Shown: piece by piece, positions 18,791-27,528 of the stretch | Layout of the letters: every line of letters begins with the position of its first letter | Position numbering within the stretch: the stretch's first letter is position 1 | Origin: a virus | Taxonomy: Duplodnaviria > Heunggongvirae > Uroviricota > Caudoviricetes | Virus record (IMG/VR): IMGVR_UViG_3300035396_000446 | Span: 35,006 to 99,005 of that record | Direction: 5' to 3' (one strand) | Length of the DNA stretch: 64,000 nucleotides | Notes under the pieces: model-generated | Told to the model about the DNA's origin: nothing | Seen by the model: only the letters and a program-made list of their open reading frames with translations | Databases searched by the model: none | Made by a program: the position numbers and the translations under genes

Positions 18791-19410
18791 GGGTTACTCC
18801 TATAAAAATCTTCTGCGAATCCCTGGGAACACATTGACCGAATATCTGCGTCCGTTTTAATGTGCTCTTTCGCCCACTGAAACTCTTCAATATAATTTAC
18901 GGCGCTTTTGTGTAGGAAAGCAAGGGCGGGCTTCGGCCTCCCTGGTCTGACATATAATTTATCATTCTTTGGCACGTCTTCCCATTTGGTGTATCTGTAC
19001 GCAGGCATAGTAAACCTACCCCATAAGGCAGTGTCTTTCGTCCAAGGGCTCCCAAATTGCCAAGGCTGATAGGCCGCAACAGGATCTCCGAGAACCTCTC
19101 TTAGTCTGCCTCTTGCGGGGTTTTCTAGTACCCACCATTTAGGATTACATTGCTCAATAATTCTTAGGCAATGATTTACTAAAAACATCCCTTTTTCCAT
19201 ATCATTAACCTTATGAAATCCCTTCGCTGTGGACAGATCCGTGCAAACGGGGTTCGCAATAATCCCATGTACGTTTTTAGGCGGTATAAAATTTTCCACG
19301 CCTATTTTTTCTCCAACCATAATTACTTCATAGTTGTCTTTATCTCTTTGATAGAACAAACTATCACTACCTAAATCCGCACATAAATGCAAAATTATCT
19401 TTTTTTCCAT
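18787..19410 (-). CDS. C5-cytosine methyltransferase-like catalytic core, short, no obvious target-recognition domain
   Basis: 207 aa. HLCADLGS is motif I-like; IIANPVCTDLSTAKG resembles motif IV (PCQ, with PC-T); WWVLENPARG resembles motif VI (ENV). Only 207 aa, so atypical or truncated. Confidence 0.45.
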   Translation of the reverse strand: MEKKIILHLCADLGSDSLFYQRDKDNYEVIMVGEKIGVENFIPPKNVHGIIANPVCTDLSTAKGFHKVNDMEKGMFLVNHCLRIIEQCNPKWWVLENPARGRLREVLGDPVAAYQPWQFGSPWTKDTALWGRFTMPAYRYTKWEDVPKNDKLYVRPGRPKPALAFLHKSAVNYIEEFQWAKEHIKTDADIRSMCSQGFAEDFYRSNP

Positions 19411-19427
19411 ACTTTATTCTACCATAA

Positions 19428-21311
19428 CTAAGCTATAATGTCAATAGTATTTCTTAATCTTAAAACTTCTTTCATTTTTGCAAATATGAAAGCGTCTGGG
19501 TTATGAAATAAGCTTCCGTTTAAAATACGATCTTTCTCTAATATATAGCAAGCAAGCTCGTCCATTTCTCCAATACACTCTAAATAATAGCAATTAACAT
19601 CACTTTTCTGCCCAATTCTATGAGACCTAGCCTCCGCCTGAAAATGCCGTATAGTTTCCATGTATATATCGAAAAATATATGGTCGTTAGTATTCAGTAA
19701 GGTAATGCCTGTGTCCATTACCAAAGTAGAAAATAATGCCAATTTGCATTCAGGATCATTTATAAACTTATCCTTTCTCGCTTCTCTTTCTTTTATTTGG
19801 TCTTTCCCTGACTTTGGGTTTTCGCCATGAACAACTACAGGGTTGTATTTCTTAAATACCTCTGCCAAATAGTCCAGAACCGCTGGTTGATAGCTCCAAA
19901 TAACAACATCCCTTCCAAACTCATCGATAAGAGTTTCTAGGTAATCTTTTATAATACTGATCCTCGGATTATCTTCAACCGGAGACGCTATAAATCTAAG
20001 AACAGATAACATATGCTTCTTTATATCAGAATAATGGATAGTTTTACCATTTATAAATAAATTTTGTTTTTCTAAATCCTTCGTAATCTCATCTATGAAC
20101 TCAAGGTAACTTTTCTCAAAACTAGTATCTCTCAAGGAGTACCTTAAAAAAGAAATATTTAAGTCAGGCAAGTCAAGATGATCTTTTTTAAACGCTCTTA
20201 ATATATATGGGCTTAGGTCTTCATCTATGAGTTTTTTAACTTCATTCCTATAATAATACTCTATCTGCTTGTTTTTAAAACCACCTTTTTTGCATAATCT
20301 ATTTTCAAAATCATCATAGGGTTGAATTATTATACCAAGAGACAGTATTCGCATAAGAGCCCATAATTCTAATGGAGTTTTTCTTATTGGAGTTCCTGAG
20401 AGTAAATATCTGAACTCAAAACACGGAGCCTCTCTCATTATAGTTTGGGTTGTTTTACTTTTTTTTGAGCTTGCTTTATGTGCTTCATCTAAAATAAGAC
20501 AATATTTCCCATTTGAAGTAACTTTCTCTAATACTTGCTTGTACCCACCGTAATGAAATCTTCCTAAGTCCTTCTTCTTCTCTCTAAGCATTTTTACTTG
20601 CTCAGAGTCTTTTGCATACCCATCTTTTAGAAGTTTCTCTATTTTTCCATCAAGTTTATTCTTTTTTTTATCATACTCTACAAAGGCCTCGCTCTGTTCA
20701 TTACATACAATTTTAAAACTATCATATGTCATTATGTATATTTTCTTATTGAGTTTGAAAGGATCTCGATGCTCTTCTTTATTTGTATTTATTATTAAAA
20801 TATCATCTTCAGTAAAATCATTAGAATATTTTAAAAACTCTATTTTCCAATTGTATAAAACTGAGGGAGGACAAACTATAATGCAATTCGTTGCATTATT
20901 ATATCTAAAATGATAAGTAAATGTAACAATGGCGATATATGTTTTCCCTAAGCCTTGTTCAAAGAATAAACCAAAAGCGTTAGTGTTACACATGCGAGAT
21001 ATGCCTGTATATTGAATATCATAAGGTTTATAAAGAAATAAATCAATTGGTACACGTTTTTTAGTAAACCAAACAGTTAGTAGTTGCTCTTTTAACTCCA
21101 TAATCTGTTTTTCAGCGTCTGGATGAACATAGGTCATAAACTTAATAAATTCATAGTAGAAATTAACTATGTTTTTTTTACTAAGTTTGATAAAACCATC
21201 GGTTATTTTCTCATAACCACATACTTTCGCTATGGTATGAACTTCTGAAATGTCTTTTTCTAATTTAACAAAAAAAAACTTGGAATCCGAGTCCCAATAC
21301 AAAGATGACAT
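19428..21311 (-). CDS. SNF2-family helicase/ATPase
   Basis: 627 aa with QGLGKTYIAI (Walker A), LILDEAHKASS (DEAH box), LLSGTPI (motif III) and a C-terminal helicase-C segment (FSTLVMDTGITLL...HRIGQ). Confidence 0.8.
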   Translation of the reverse strand: MSSLYWDSDSKFFFVKLEKDISEVHTIAKVCGYEKITDGFIKLSKKNIVNFYYEFIKFMTYVHPDAEKQIMELKEQLLTVWFTKKRVPIDLFLYKPYDIQYTGISRMCNTNAFGLFFEQGLGKTYIAIVTFTYHFRYNNATNCIIVCPPSVLYNWKIEFLKYSNDFTEDDILIINTNKEEHRDPFKLNKKIYIMTYDSFKIVCNEQSEAFVEYDKKKNKLDGKIEKLLKDGYAKDSEQVKMLREKKKDLGRFHYGGYKQVLEKVTSNGKYCLILDEAHKASSKKSKTTQTIMREAPCFEFRYLLSGTPIRKTPLELWALMRILSLGIIIQPYDDFENRLCKKGGFKNKQIEYYYRNEVKKLIDEDLSPYILRAFKKDHLDLPDLNISFLRYSLRDTSFEKSYLEFIDEITKDLEKQNLFINGKTIHYSDIKKHMLSVLRFIASPVEDNPRISIIKDYLETLIDEFGRDVVIWSYQPAVLDYLAEVFKKYNPVVVHGENPKSGKDQIKEREARKDKFINDPECKLALFSTLVMDTGITLLNTNDHIFFDIYMETIRHFQAEARSHRIGQKSDVNCYYLECIGEMDELACYILEKDRILNGSLFHNPDAFIFAKMKEVLRLRNTIDIIA

Positions 21312-21328
21312 ATTTTTTCCTTGTGCAT

Positions 21329-21357
21329 ATTATATAATGAAAAAAAATTCTTGTCAA
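21329..21357 (-). promoter_or_regulatory. sigma70-type consensus promoter (TTGACA-N17-TATAAT) for the SNF2 operon
   Basis: Minus strand reads TTGACA (plus 21352-21357), a 17-nt spacer, then TATAAT (plus 21329-21334), followed by AAGGAAAAAAT-ATG of the SNF2 gene. Confidence 0.6.
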
Positions 21358-21387
21358 GAGTAAAGATAATACTATAAGGAATAGATA

Positions 21388-22587
21388 ATGTTTACTGATA
21401 GAATACTAGATTTAGCCGGTATAAGAAATTCAAATAACTCCCTCAATACTAAGGGACGAAGTTTTAGTGATTTATGGACAATAAAGGAAGATGGCGCAAT
21501 ACAGGGGTCAAGTCTAGATAGAGTCTTAGAACTAGCGGGAGAATCTCTACTAGAGATGATTCAGGTCTCAAAGGCTAACAATGAAAGCGATTACGATATA
21601 ATAGCCTACAAAGATAAGATTTTTACTTACAATAATGAACAAAGAGAGGAAGTCGCGCCACTAATAATAAAGCATCTTGGATTAGAAAATTCAGAAATAC
21701 CTTATAACAACACTCCAATTGAAAACATGGAACAAGTTGAATACTATATTCAAGAAGAAGGCCCAGATGTTTTATATGGACGAGTATCGGACAATACTCT
21801 TTATCTTCACAGTTACGTTTTTAAGCACTCTAAACTTTCTTCTCTACTTAAAAAGGTTGTAAATCAGTTAGATATACTTGAAGTTAGTTATGATTATATT
21901 ACTAATGATGGAGAAGATTCTGAGGTTATAGTAAGACGAAATGAGATTGACGAAGAAATAAAGAATCACGTATTCTACCATGGCACTAGCTCCAAAGCTT
22001 TATATGGTATAGCACAAAAGGGGCTAATGCCAGGTGGAAGTAAAACTAACTTCCCAGGAATAGAGCATGATGAAGATATTTTCATTACAGTAAACAAAGA
22101 TAAGGCTTTTTTTCATGCGGAGACTGCTGCTAGAAATAACCAAGACATTCCTGTTATATTGGAATTAAGAGTTCCTAATCCATCTTTGCTGGGAGATGAT
22201 TATGATGTAGTTGTCAATATACTTAAATCTAACTCTGAGAAAAGCGATAGGTATGAGAATATAAATAGTAAAGTACGGAGACCAAAGACAACAGCGGATG
22301 AGAGTCTAATAAAAAGATTAACAGACACTGGAGAAGATATAAATAAAAAACTTGGTATATTTTCCTATTCTGGCAGAATCCCTGCAACTTATATAGACTC
22401 CTTTTTAATCGATGATGAAGCCTTTTCTTTTTATCACGTATACGAGGAAAAACCTGACAAAATAAAAGATTTAAACTCATGGGATAGGTATGATTTAAAA
22501 GATTTCAATGGTTATCTCGAAGATATAGAGAATAAATACGCACAAGAACAGGAAGATTACGAAGAAGACTATGAGGAAGAGGATTAG
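21388..22587 (+). CDS. ADP-ribosyltransferase-superfamily protein, Tpt1/KptA-like (RNA 2'-phosphotransferase / NAD-dependent)
   Basis: Only long plus-strand ORF (399 aa). VFYHGTSSKALYGIAQKGLMPGG...FFHAETAARNN...IPVILELR parallels E. coli KptA [23 protein letters not shown]...HLSADEATARKVG...SPVILTV. The HGT motif is also shared with diphtheria-toxin-class ARTs. Acidic C-terminal tail. AAGGA RBS 8 nt before the ATG. Confidence 0.55.
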   Translation: MFTDRILDLAGIRNSNNSLNTKGRSFSDLWTIKEDGAIQGSSLDRVLELAGESLLEMIQVSKANNESDYDIIAYKDKIFTYNNEQREEVAPLIIKHLGLENSEIPYNNTPIENMEQVEYYIQEEGPDVLYGRVSDNTLYLHSYVFKHSKLSSLLKKVVNQLDILEVSYDYITNDGEDSEVIVRRNEIDEEIKNHVFYHGTSSKALYGIAQKGLMPGGSKTNFPGIEHDEDIFITVNKDKAFFHAETAARNNQDIPVILELRVPNPSLLGDDYDVVVNILKSNSEKSDRYENINSKVRRPKTTADESLIKRLTDTGEDINKKLGIFSYSGRIPATYIDSFLIDDEAFSFYHVYEEKPDKIKDLNSWDRYDLKDFNGYLEDIENKYAQEQEDYEEDYEEED

Positions 22588-22617
22588 ACCCTCTAATCTA
22601 AAAAGATTAGAGGGCTA
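22588..22617. terminator. stem-loop between convergent genes
   Basis: CCCTCTAATC-TAAAAA-GATTAGAGGG, a 10-bp perfect inverted repeat placed exactly between the plus-strand gene stop (22587) and the minus-strand gene stop (22621). No clear U-tract. Confidence 0.4.
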
Positions 22618-22620
22618 GAA

Positions 22621-22923
22621 CTAGCTCTTCTTATTCATATTTTCAAACATCCCACCAAGACCCGCATAAGCAAATACTGTGCCCCATAAAGGTATTACTA
22701 TGGCTGTCCATAGCATAGCTGTCTCAGCTACAGCTTTATAGTTCATAAAAGTTAATACTAATAATGAAGCAGTAATAATAGCGGCCGCATATTTAGCAAC
22801 TTCAACAATTTGCCATTTTCTACTTGCTTTCTTCTTTAAGAGCTCGTAATGGAAGTCCTCCACGGTATCTTTATTATGCGATTTATTGACGGCGTTTTTA
22901 TCTTCTTCTGTTAATTTAAGCAT
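22621..22923 (-). CDS. small membrane protein
   Basis: 100 aa with two hydrophobic helices (AAIITASLLVLTFM..., AIVIPLWGTVFAYAGLGG). Confidence 0.45.
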   Translation of the reverse strand: MLKLTEEDKNAVNKSHNKDTVEDFHYELLKKKASRKWQIVEVAKYAAAIITASLLVLTFMNYKAVAETAMLWTAIVIPLWGTVFAYAGLGGMFENMNKKS

Positions 22924-22977
22924 GATTTCCCCCTAAGTGTAGATATTATCTTTACTTAGGAGTAAATTTTTGACAAT

Positions 22978-23436
22978 CTAAACTAACATAAACTCTTTTA
23001 CTTTTTGTTTTAGTTTCTCTAATTCTACTATGGGTTTCCTATTATCTATTTTAGCTATAGGTTCTTCATAATGCTGATTATTTTTTGAAGATTTTTCAAA
23101 AGAACAAGCTACTTGAAATTTCAAACCGTCTTGTGCATATCTTAAATCCTGTACATATCCAAAATTAGCTCCAAAGAAGTAAAAATAAGTATTTCTATGC
23201 TTCTCTAATTTAGATATAAAATCTGAATAGTCTAAATAAGAAACGTGTTGCGTTACGTTATCTGCGTCAATAAAAGAAGTACCTTGAATTGGTATGTATG
23301 AAACACCTTTTAATTGGAAATACTCAATCAAAGTTAAAGATAGTATAGCTGTGTTTTTTTCTAATAAGTTATCCGACTCTAACATTTTATAGAAGTATTC
23401 TTCTTGGGCTGTTTTCGTATATTTAATAATTGCCAT
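22978..23436 (-). CDS. hypothetical protein
   Basis: 152-aa ORF with a strong AGGGGGAAATC RBS. Confidence 0.4.
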   Translation of the reverse strand: MAIIKYTKTAQEEYFYKMLESDNLLEKNTAILSLTLIEYFQLKGVSYIPIQGTSFIDADNVTQHVSYLDYSDFISKLEKHRNTYFYFFGANFGYVQDLRYAQDGLKFQVACSFEKSSKNNQHYEEPIAKIDNRKPIVELEKLKQKVKEFMLV

Positions 23437-23438
23437 AA

Positions 23439-23861
23439 TTAAAGCTCCATCAATTCAAAAGTCATAACTTTCTTTTTCAGTTTTTTAACTATGGAGTCTG
23501 ATGATATATCTTCTTCATCAGCTTTTTTTACATCTTTCAGTAGTTGTCCTTTAATACTCTCATAGGTTATTTTGTTGTCATTCCAAGCACCATGTTGAAC
23601 AGAGTTAAGTATTACATTGTCCGTACAAGTAGTAAGCCCTATTATGTTTTGGTATTCTTCGGCGGTAGTAGCCCCATACCCTATTGTTTGTGGGTATACA
23701 TGGTCGGAAGTATTATAATTTCCATAGTTTAGTATAGTACCATTCACTTGTAATCTGGAATCATACATTGGGTTATACCCTTTAAGCATTTCTAATTCCG
23801 CATCAAGCTCAGGTTTAGGTTTCATGTAAGTAGAGTTCCCTATTTGAACTGTTTTACTCAT
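23439..23861 (-). CDS. hypothetical protein
   Basis: 140-aa ORF. Confidence 0.4.
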   Translation of the reverse strand: MSKTVQIGNSTYMKPKPELDAELEMLKGYNPMYDSRLQVNGTILNYGNYNTSDHVYPQTIGYGATTAEEYQNIIGLTTCTDNVILNSVQHGAWNDNKITYESIKGQLLKDVKKADEEDISSDSIVKKLKKKVMTFELMEL

Positions 23862-23877
23862 TGTTATTTCCTTTTTA

Positions 23878-23911
23878 ATATAGAGGTAAAAATATGATTT
23901 TACCTCTATAT
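23878..23911. promoter_or_regulatory. intercistronic stem-loop (14-bp stem)
   Basis: AATATAGAGGTAAAA/TTTTACCTCTATAT with loop ATATGA, directly between the stop at 23921 and the RBS of the gene at 23861. Confidence 0.4.
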
Positions 23912-23920
23912 CTTAGTTTT

Positions 23921-24499
23921 TTAGTGTTCGTTTGACGATAGTACTTTAACAGTAGTTTGGGACCCTTTATCTTTTTCCATCATACCAAGAGCCATTTGTT
24001 GAATGAATTGAGTTGTGACAGTTCCCTCTGTATTAAACTTAGTCATCATTTGATGTAAGTCTTCATAGTATTTACTTGCAAGACTGCTTCTAAGCTCAGA
24101 AATCTCTGCGGAGTGCGTTGTTTTAATTTCATTGATTTTCTTTTCATAATCCATTTTTAGTTGGGCTACGGTTTGTTGCGCATCTAATTTAGCATAAGCA
24201 ATCGCCTCGGATAACTTAGTTTCATGCTCAGATTTAAGTTTTTCTTCTAGACGTTTATTATCTTCAATAAGATTTCTTTCTTTTCTTTGAAAATTAGATC
24301 TCTCGTCTTCTGCCTCTGCTTTAAGTTTCCGTCGTTCCGAGTCTACTAGAAAAGAATGTTCTTTTTGAGAAACATCTAAGGTGTTCTTTAGGTTTCGAAT
24401 CTCAATTTCTAATTCTTTTTTAGTTACTTGGAGATTTAGAATCTCATTTGTTACACTGTCTAATTTTACTTTTTTTGGGTCTTTAAATATATTTAACAT
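23921..24499 (-). CDS. coiled-coil hypothetical protein
   Basis: 192 aa, heptad-like E/K/L-rich sequence throughout. Confidence 0.4.
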   Translation of the reverse strand: MLNIFKDPKKVKLDSVTNEILNLQVTKKELEIEIRNLKNTLDVSQKEHSFLVDSERRKLKAEAEDERSNFQRKERNLIEDNKRLEEKLKSEHETKLSEAIAYAKLDAQQTVAQLKMDYEKKINEIKTTHSAEISELRSSLASKYYEDLHQMMTKFNTEGTVTTQFIQQMALGMMEKDKGSQTTVKVLSSNEH

Positions 24500-24537
24500 T
24501 TTTGTTCCTTTTTTTGTTTTTAATCCACTATTTGATA

Positions 24538-25407
24538 TTAAATATCAAATGTTTGTCCGACTTCTAGAAATCCTCGGAATCCGTCATCTTTTGCTTTTGT
24601 TTTCCAATCGCAAGGTTTCCCAAAGAAATCTTTATCATCAAGAACATAATCTTGATAATGACTTAACCACATTTTATTTTTAATTTCTAAAGGTAGCACC
24701 TCGGCATTTGCTTCTGGATACCCCGCTAATTCTGTGTAATTTGCATGTACCCCTGATTTGAAGGGTAGACACTCACAATCTTGAATAATAATATCAGCCT
24801 TAGAGTAAAACACTCTCACTTGTTTCGGGGAACAATGTTGGGAGTCCGTTGTAAAGTAAATAGATTGATGACCTTGCTTACTCACAATAAGGCCAAATGT
24901 ATCACTAATTTTAGATCCTGTCATTATGTGAACCTGTTGGATAAGTTCAAAGTTCCAACCCTGCCATATAAATGACTTATCTACGGGCTTTGGCTCAAAG
25001 TAAGTTTCAATTGTAGCGTCAAATCCCTCCATGGATTCTAAACCACCCCTTAATGTGTTTTTCCAAAGACTTTTAATTAATTCCTTCTGCGCATATAATT
25101 TAGGAGCATAGGGTTTCATCTTACCAATGTTTTCTAGCTGTGTAAAATCATTCCATCTTACAGGTCTATTCATCCAGTCATACCTATCAAAGGCGAAGTT
25201 CTCTAGAGATCCGCAATGATCGTTATGCTGATGTGAGATATATACACTATCTATATCTTTAAAAGATAACCCAGCATTTGTTAATGCCTCGGGGACTAGC
25301 CTCCCACAATCAATTAGCATTCGTTTGCCGTCCTGCTCTAGCACAAAGCTCTGATTAAAATTTCTTTTTGAGAATGCATTACCACATCCAATTATTGTTA
25401 TACGCAT
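24538..25407 (-). CDS. metallo-beta-lactamase-fold hydrolase (RNase Z/PhnP-like)
   Basis: 289 aa with MRITIIGCGNAF, LIDCG and ISHQHNDHCGSL (the HxHxDH zinc motif). Confidence 0.7.
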   Translation of the reverse strand: MRITIIGCGNAFSKRNFNQSFVLEQDGKRMLIDCGRLVPEALTNAGLSFKDIDSVYISHQHNDHCGSLENFAFDRYDWMNRPVRWNDFTQLENIGKMKPYAPKLYAQKELIKSLWKNTLRGGLESMEGFDATIETYFEPKPVDKSFIWQGWNFELIQQVHIMTGSKISDTFGLIVSKQGHQSIYFTTDSQHCSPKQVRVFYSKADIIIQDCECLPFKSGVHANYTELAGYPEANAEVLPLEIKNKMWLSHYQDYVLDDKDFFGKPCDWKTKAKDDGFRGFLEVGQTFDI

Positions 25408-25420
25408 ATTATTTTTCCTT

Positions 25421-26347
25421 TTATTTGATATAAAACCCGTTAGAATCTAACGTATCTATTTTTTGCTTTTGGGTTACAAAAACATCATAGAACTCATCTA
25501 CAATAAGTCTCATTTCTAAACTAAGCTGATTTAGTATTGGAGACTTGATTGCATTAGGTATTCCATAGAAAGCCTCTGCTATGCCCCCTACGATTGCGCA
25601 TAGAGTATCTGTATCCCCGCCTACCATAACTGCGTTTCGTATAGCATCTTCAAAGCTGGTAGAGTTTACAAAGCAATTAAAAGCTAAAGGCACTGTTCCT
25701 TGGCATGTTACATCGAACTTGTATGTTTTACTTATTACTTCTAAATCATCCCCAAGTAGGCTTCCCCTGTAAGGTGTCTCTACCCCTCGATAATGATCTG
25801 TGTATCCATTGATATAACATAAATCTAAAAACTTACACATGGAAGTATTAAAATCTCCCATCTCCGCTATGCTTGTTTGTAAAGCATTGTAAACCATTCC
25901 TGCTGTAGCTTGAGCCCCATATATGCCCTCTGAGTGATTATGGGTTACAGCCGCAGACTTAGCTGCTTCGATATGAATAGTTTCTATCGGGCAACTCAAA
26001 CTATAAGCGTATGCCACAGGAGCGACACGCATGGCTGACCCGTTACCATAACTATTGTAGGGGTTATTATCTTTATTTAACAGCCAAGCATGAAAACTCT
26101 GACCAAACCCAGATTTATACTTTCGTTGTTTATTAGAAAATGTGCTATTCTTAGAATACTTATTACCCCAATACTTATAGCATACCTCGTATGGCATTTT
26201 GTTTAACAGAGCATCCATAGTTGCTACTGTAAGAATTGTGTCGTCCGTAAAGAAACAAGAGTCATTAAACAAAGGAAAATCCTTGCTTCTATGATTCTCA
26301 AACTCGTATCTTGAACCTATGTAATCACCAATAATTGAACCTAACAT
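25421..26347 (-). CDS. ADP-ribosylglycohydrolase (ARH/DraG family)
   Basis: 308 aa with MLGSIIGDYIGSRYEF, FFTDDTIL, GNGSAMRVAPVAY and MVGGDTDT..AIVGGIAEAFYG, all hallmark ARH motifs. Confidence 0.75.
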   Translation of the reverse strand: MLGSIIGDYIGSRYEFENHRSKDFPLFNDSCFFTDDTILTVATMDALLNKMPYEVCYKYWGNKYSKNSTFSNKQRKYKSGFGQSFHAWLLNKDNNPYNSYGNGSAMRVAPVAYAYSLSCPIETIHIEAAKSAAVTHNHSEGIYGAQATAGMVYNALQTSIAEMGDFNTSMCKFLDLCYINGYTDHYRGVETPYRGSLLGDDLEVISKTYKFDVTCQGTVPLAFNCFVNSTSFEDAIRNAVMVGGDTDTLCAIVGGIAEAFYGIPNAIKSPILNQLSLEMRLIVDEFYDVFVTQKQKIDTLDSNGFYIK

Positions 26348-26952
26348 TTTTTATCCTTCTTATTTACTACCCATTTTTGTACGTCCATAAAGAGGATAAT
26401 GGGCGGTTCCCCTCTTCTTTTATGTTTGCTAAAATGATACCAGCCTACGACCATCATCCCTGTTTCAAATTTTCCATCTTCTCTAAGCTCGGAAGAGAAC
26501 ATGGGCATTCTGGATAATATATCCACGGAGCATAGGTAACTGCCATAAATATCTTTTTCAAACCTTTCTTGCCCAGACAAATGAGCAATTGGCATAAGTA
26601 AAAATACATTGTTTGCTATTTTTAGTGAATGTTCAATAATTTTCAAAGTATCTTTATACGGTGGGTTTGACACTATTACATCATATTTTTCTTTAATATC
26701 GAAGAAATTTACGCCAGTATTAAAGGAATTTACGCCGTCAGATATATCAGAGCCTGTTATGTCTAATTTATCATTCTTCTCTTTCAGAGCTTGTACTATG
26801 GCACCCTTACCCGCAAATGGCTCTAAAATTCGATTACCTTTTAGAAAACTACTATACATGCGGTAGAACTCATAGGTTATACCCTTTGGAGTTTGATACA
26901 TGTCATTTGGATTTCTTTGACCTACATTGGCCAAGGAGTATCTTTTACCCAA
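26341..26952 (-). CDS. DNA N6-adenine methyltransferase (phage Dam-like, NPPY class)
   Basis: 203 aa with YQTP near the N-terminus, ILEPFAGKGAI (motif I) and VIVSNPPYKD (motif IV). Confidence 0.7.
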   Translation of the reverse strand: MGKRYSLANVGQRNPNDMYQTPKGITYEFYRMYSSFLKGNRILEPFAGKGAIVQALKEKNDKLDITGSDISDGVNSFNTGVNFFDIKEKYDVIVSNPPYKDTLKIIEHSLKIANNVFLLMPIAHLSGQERFEKDIYGSYLCSVDILSRMPMFSSELREDGKFETGMMVVGWYHFSKHKRRGEPPIILFMDVQKWVVNKKDKKC

Positions 26953-27147
26953 CTAAAATTCCTTCTTTGTGATTAAGAATACGCCGCTGGCATCTTTTGT
27001 TAAGCTAATGAAGATTGCAAAACAGAGTATGTTAATAGCTATTTGTTGTGTATGTTCATAATACAGCCCAATACCAATTCCAGGTTGTAAATAAATTGCT
27101 AATCTATAGTTATCATCCATTAGATTTTCCTTCCTATCTTTCTGCAA
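26953..27147 (-). CDS. small membrane protein
   Basis: 64-aa ORF with a hydrophobic core; AGGAAGGA RBS. Confidence 0.35.
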   Translation of the reverse strand: MQKDRKENLMDDNYRLAIYLQPGIGIGLYYEHTQQIAINILCFAIFISLTKDASGVFLITKKEF

Positions 27148-27236
27148 AATAGTACAAAGAATTTCTTAATCTTATAGATTGTATAATCGAGTTTATAGTT
27201 ATTCATATAGTATCACCTTTTGAATTTTTGAACTGC

Positions 27237-27265
27237 GAATTATATCATAGGGATGCTATAATTGC
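27237..27265 (-). promoter_or_regulatory. sigma70-type promoter TTGCAA-N17-TATAAT
   Basis: Minus strand reads TTGCAA (plus 27260-27265), a 17-nt spacer, then TATAAT (plus 27237-27242), in a 123-nt intergenic region upstream of the gene starting at 27147. Confidence 0.4.
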
Positions 27266-27270
27266 AAGTG

Positions 27271-27525
27271 TTAGTTTTTATTTTTTTTAAAAGTACACCA
27301 GGGTATATTTTCTGAGTCTAAATCCTGATTTAAACATAATCCTTTTCCATTTTCATAACATTCTGCATTTGGGCATAATTCTTGTCCAACATCGGTATAA
27401 TTGCACTGTAAGTCTCTAATCGTAGCTAAGACATCTATATACGCTTCTCTTTTAGATTCATCGGAACATTCTGTTAGTTTCTTAAAAATTAATTCTTCTA
27501 AAACGCTTCTTTTTGAAAATGACAT
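27271..27525 (-). CDS. small Cys-rich hypothetical protein
   Basis: 84 aa with six Cys (CNYTD...CPNAECYENGKGLC...WC). Confidence 0.35.
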   Translation of the reverse strand: MSFSKRSVLEELIFKKLTECSDESKREAYIDVLATIRDLQCNYTDVGQELCPNAECYENGKGLCLNQDLDSENIPWCTFKKNKN

Positions 27526-27528
27526 GGG

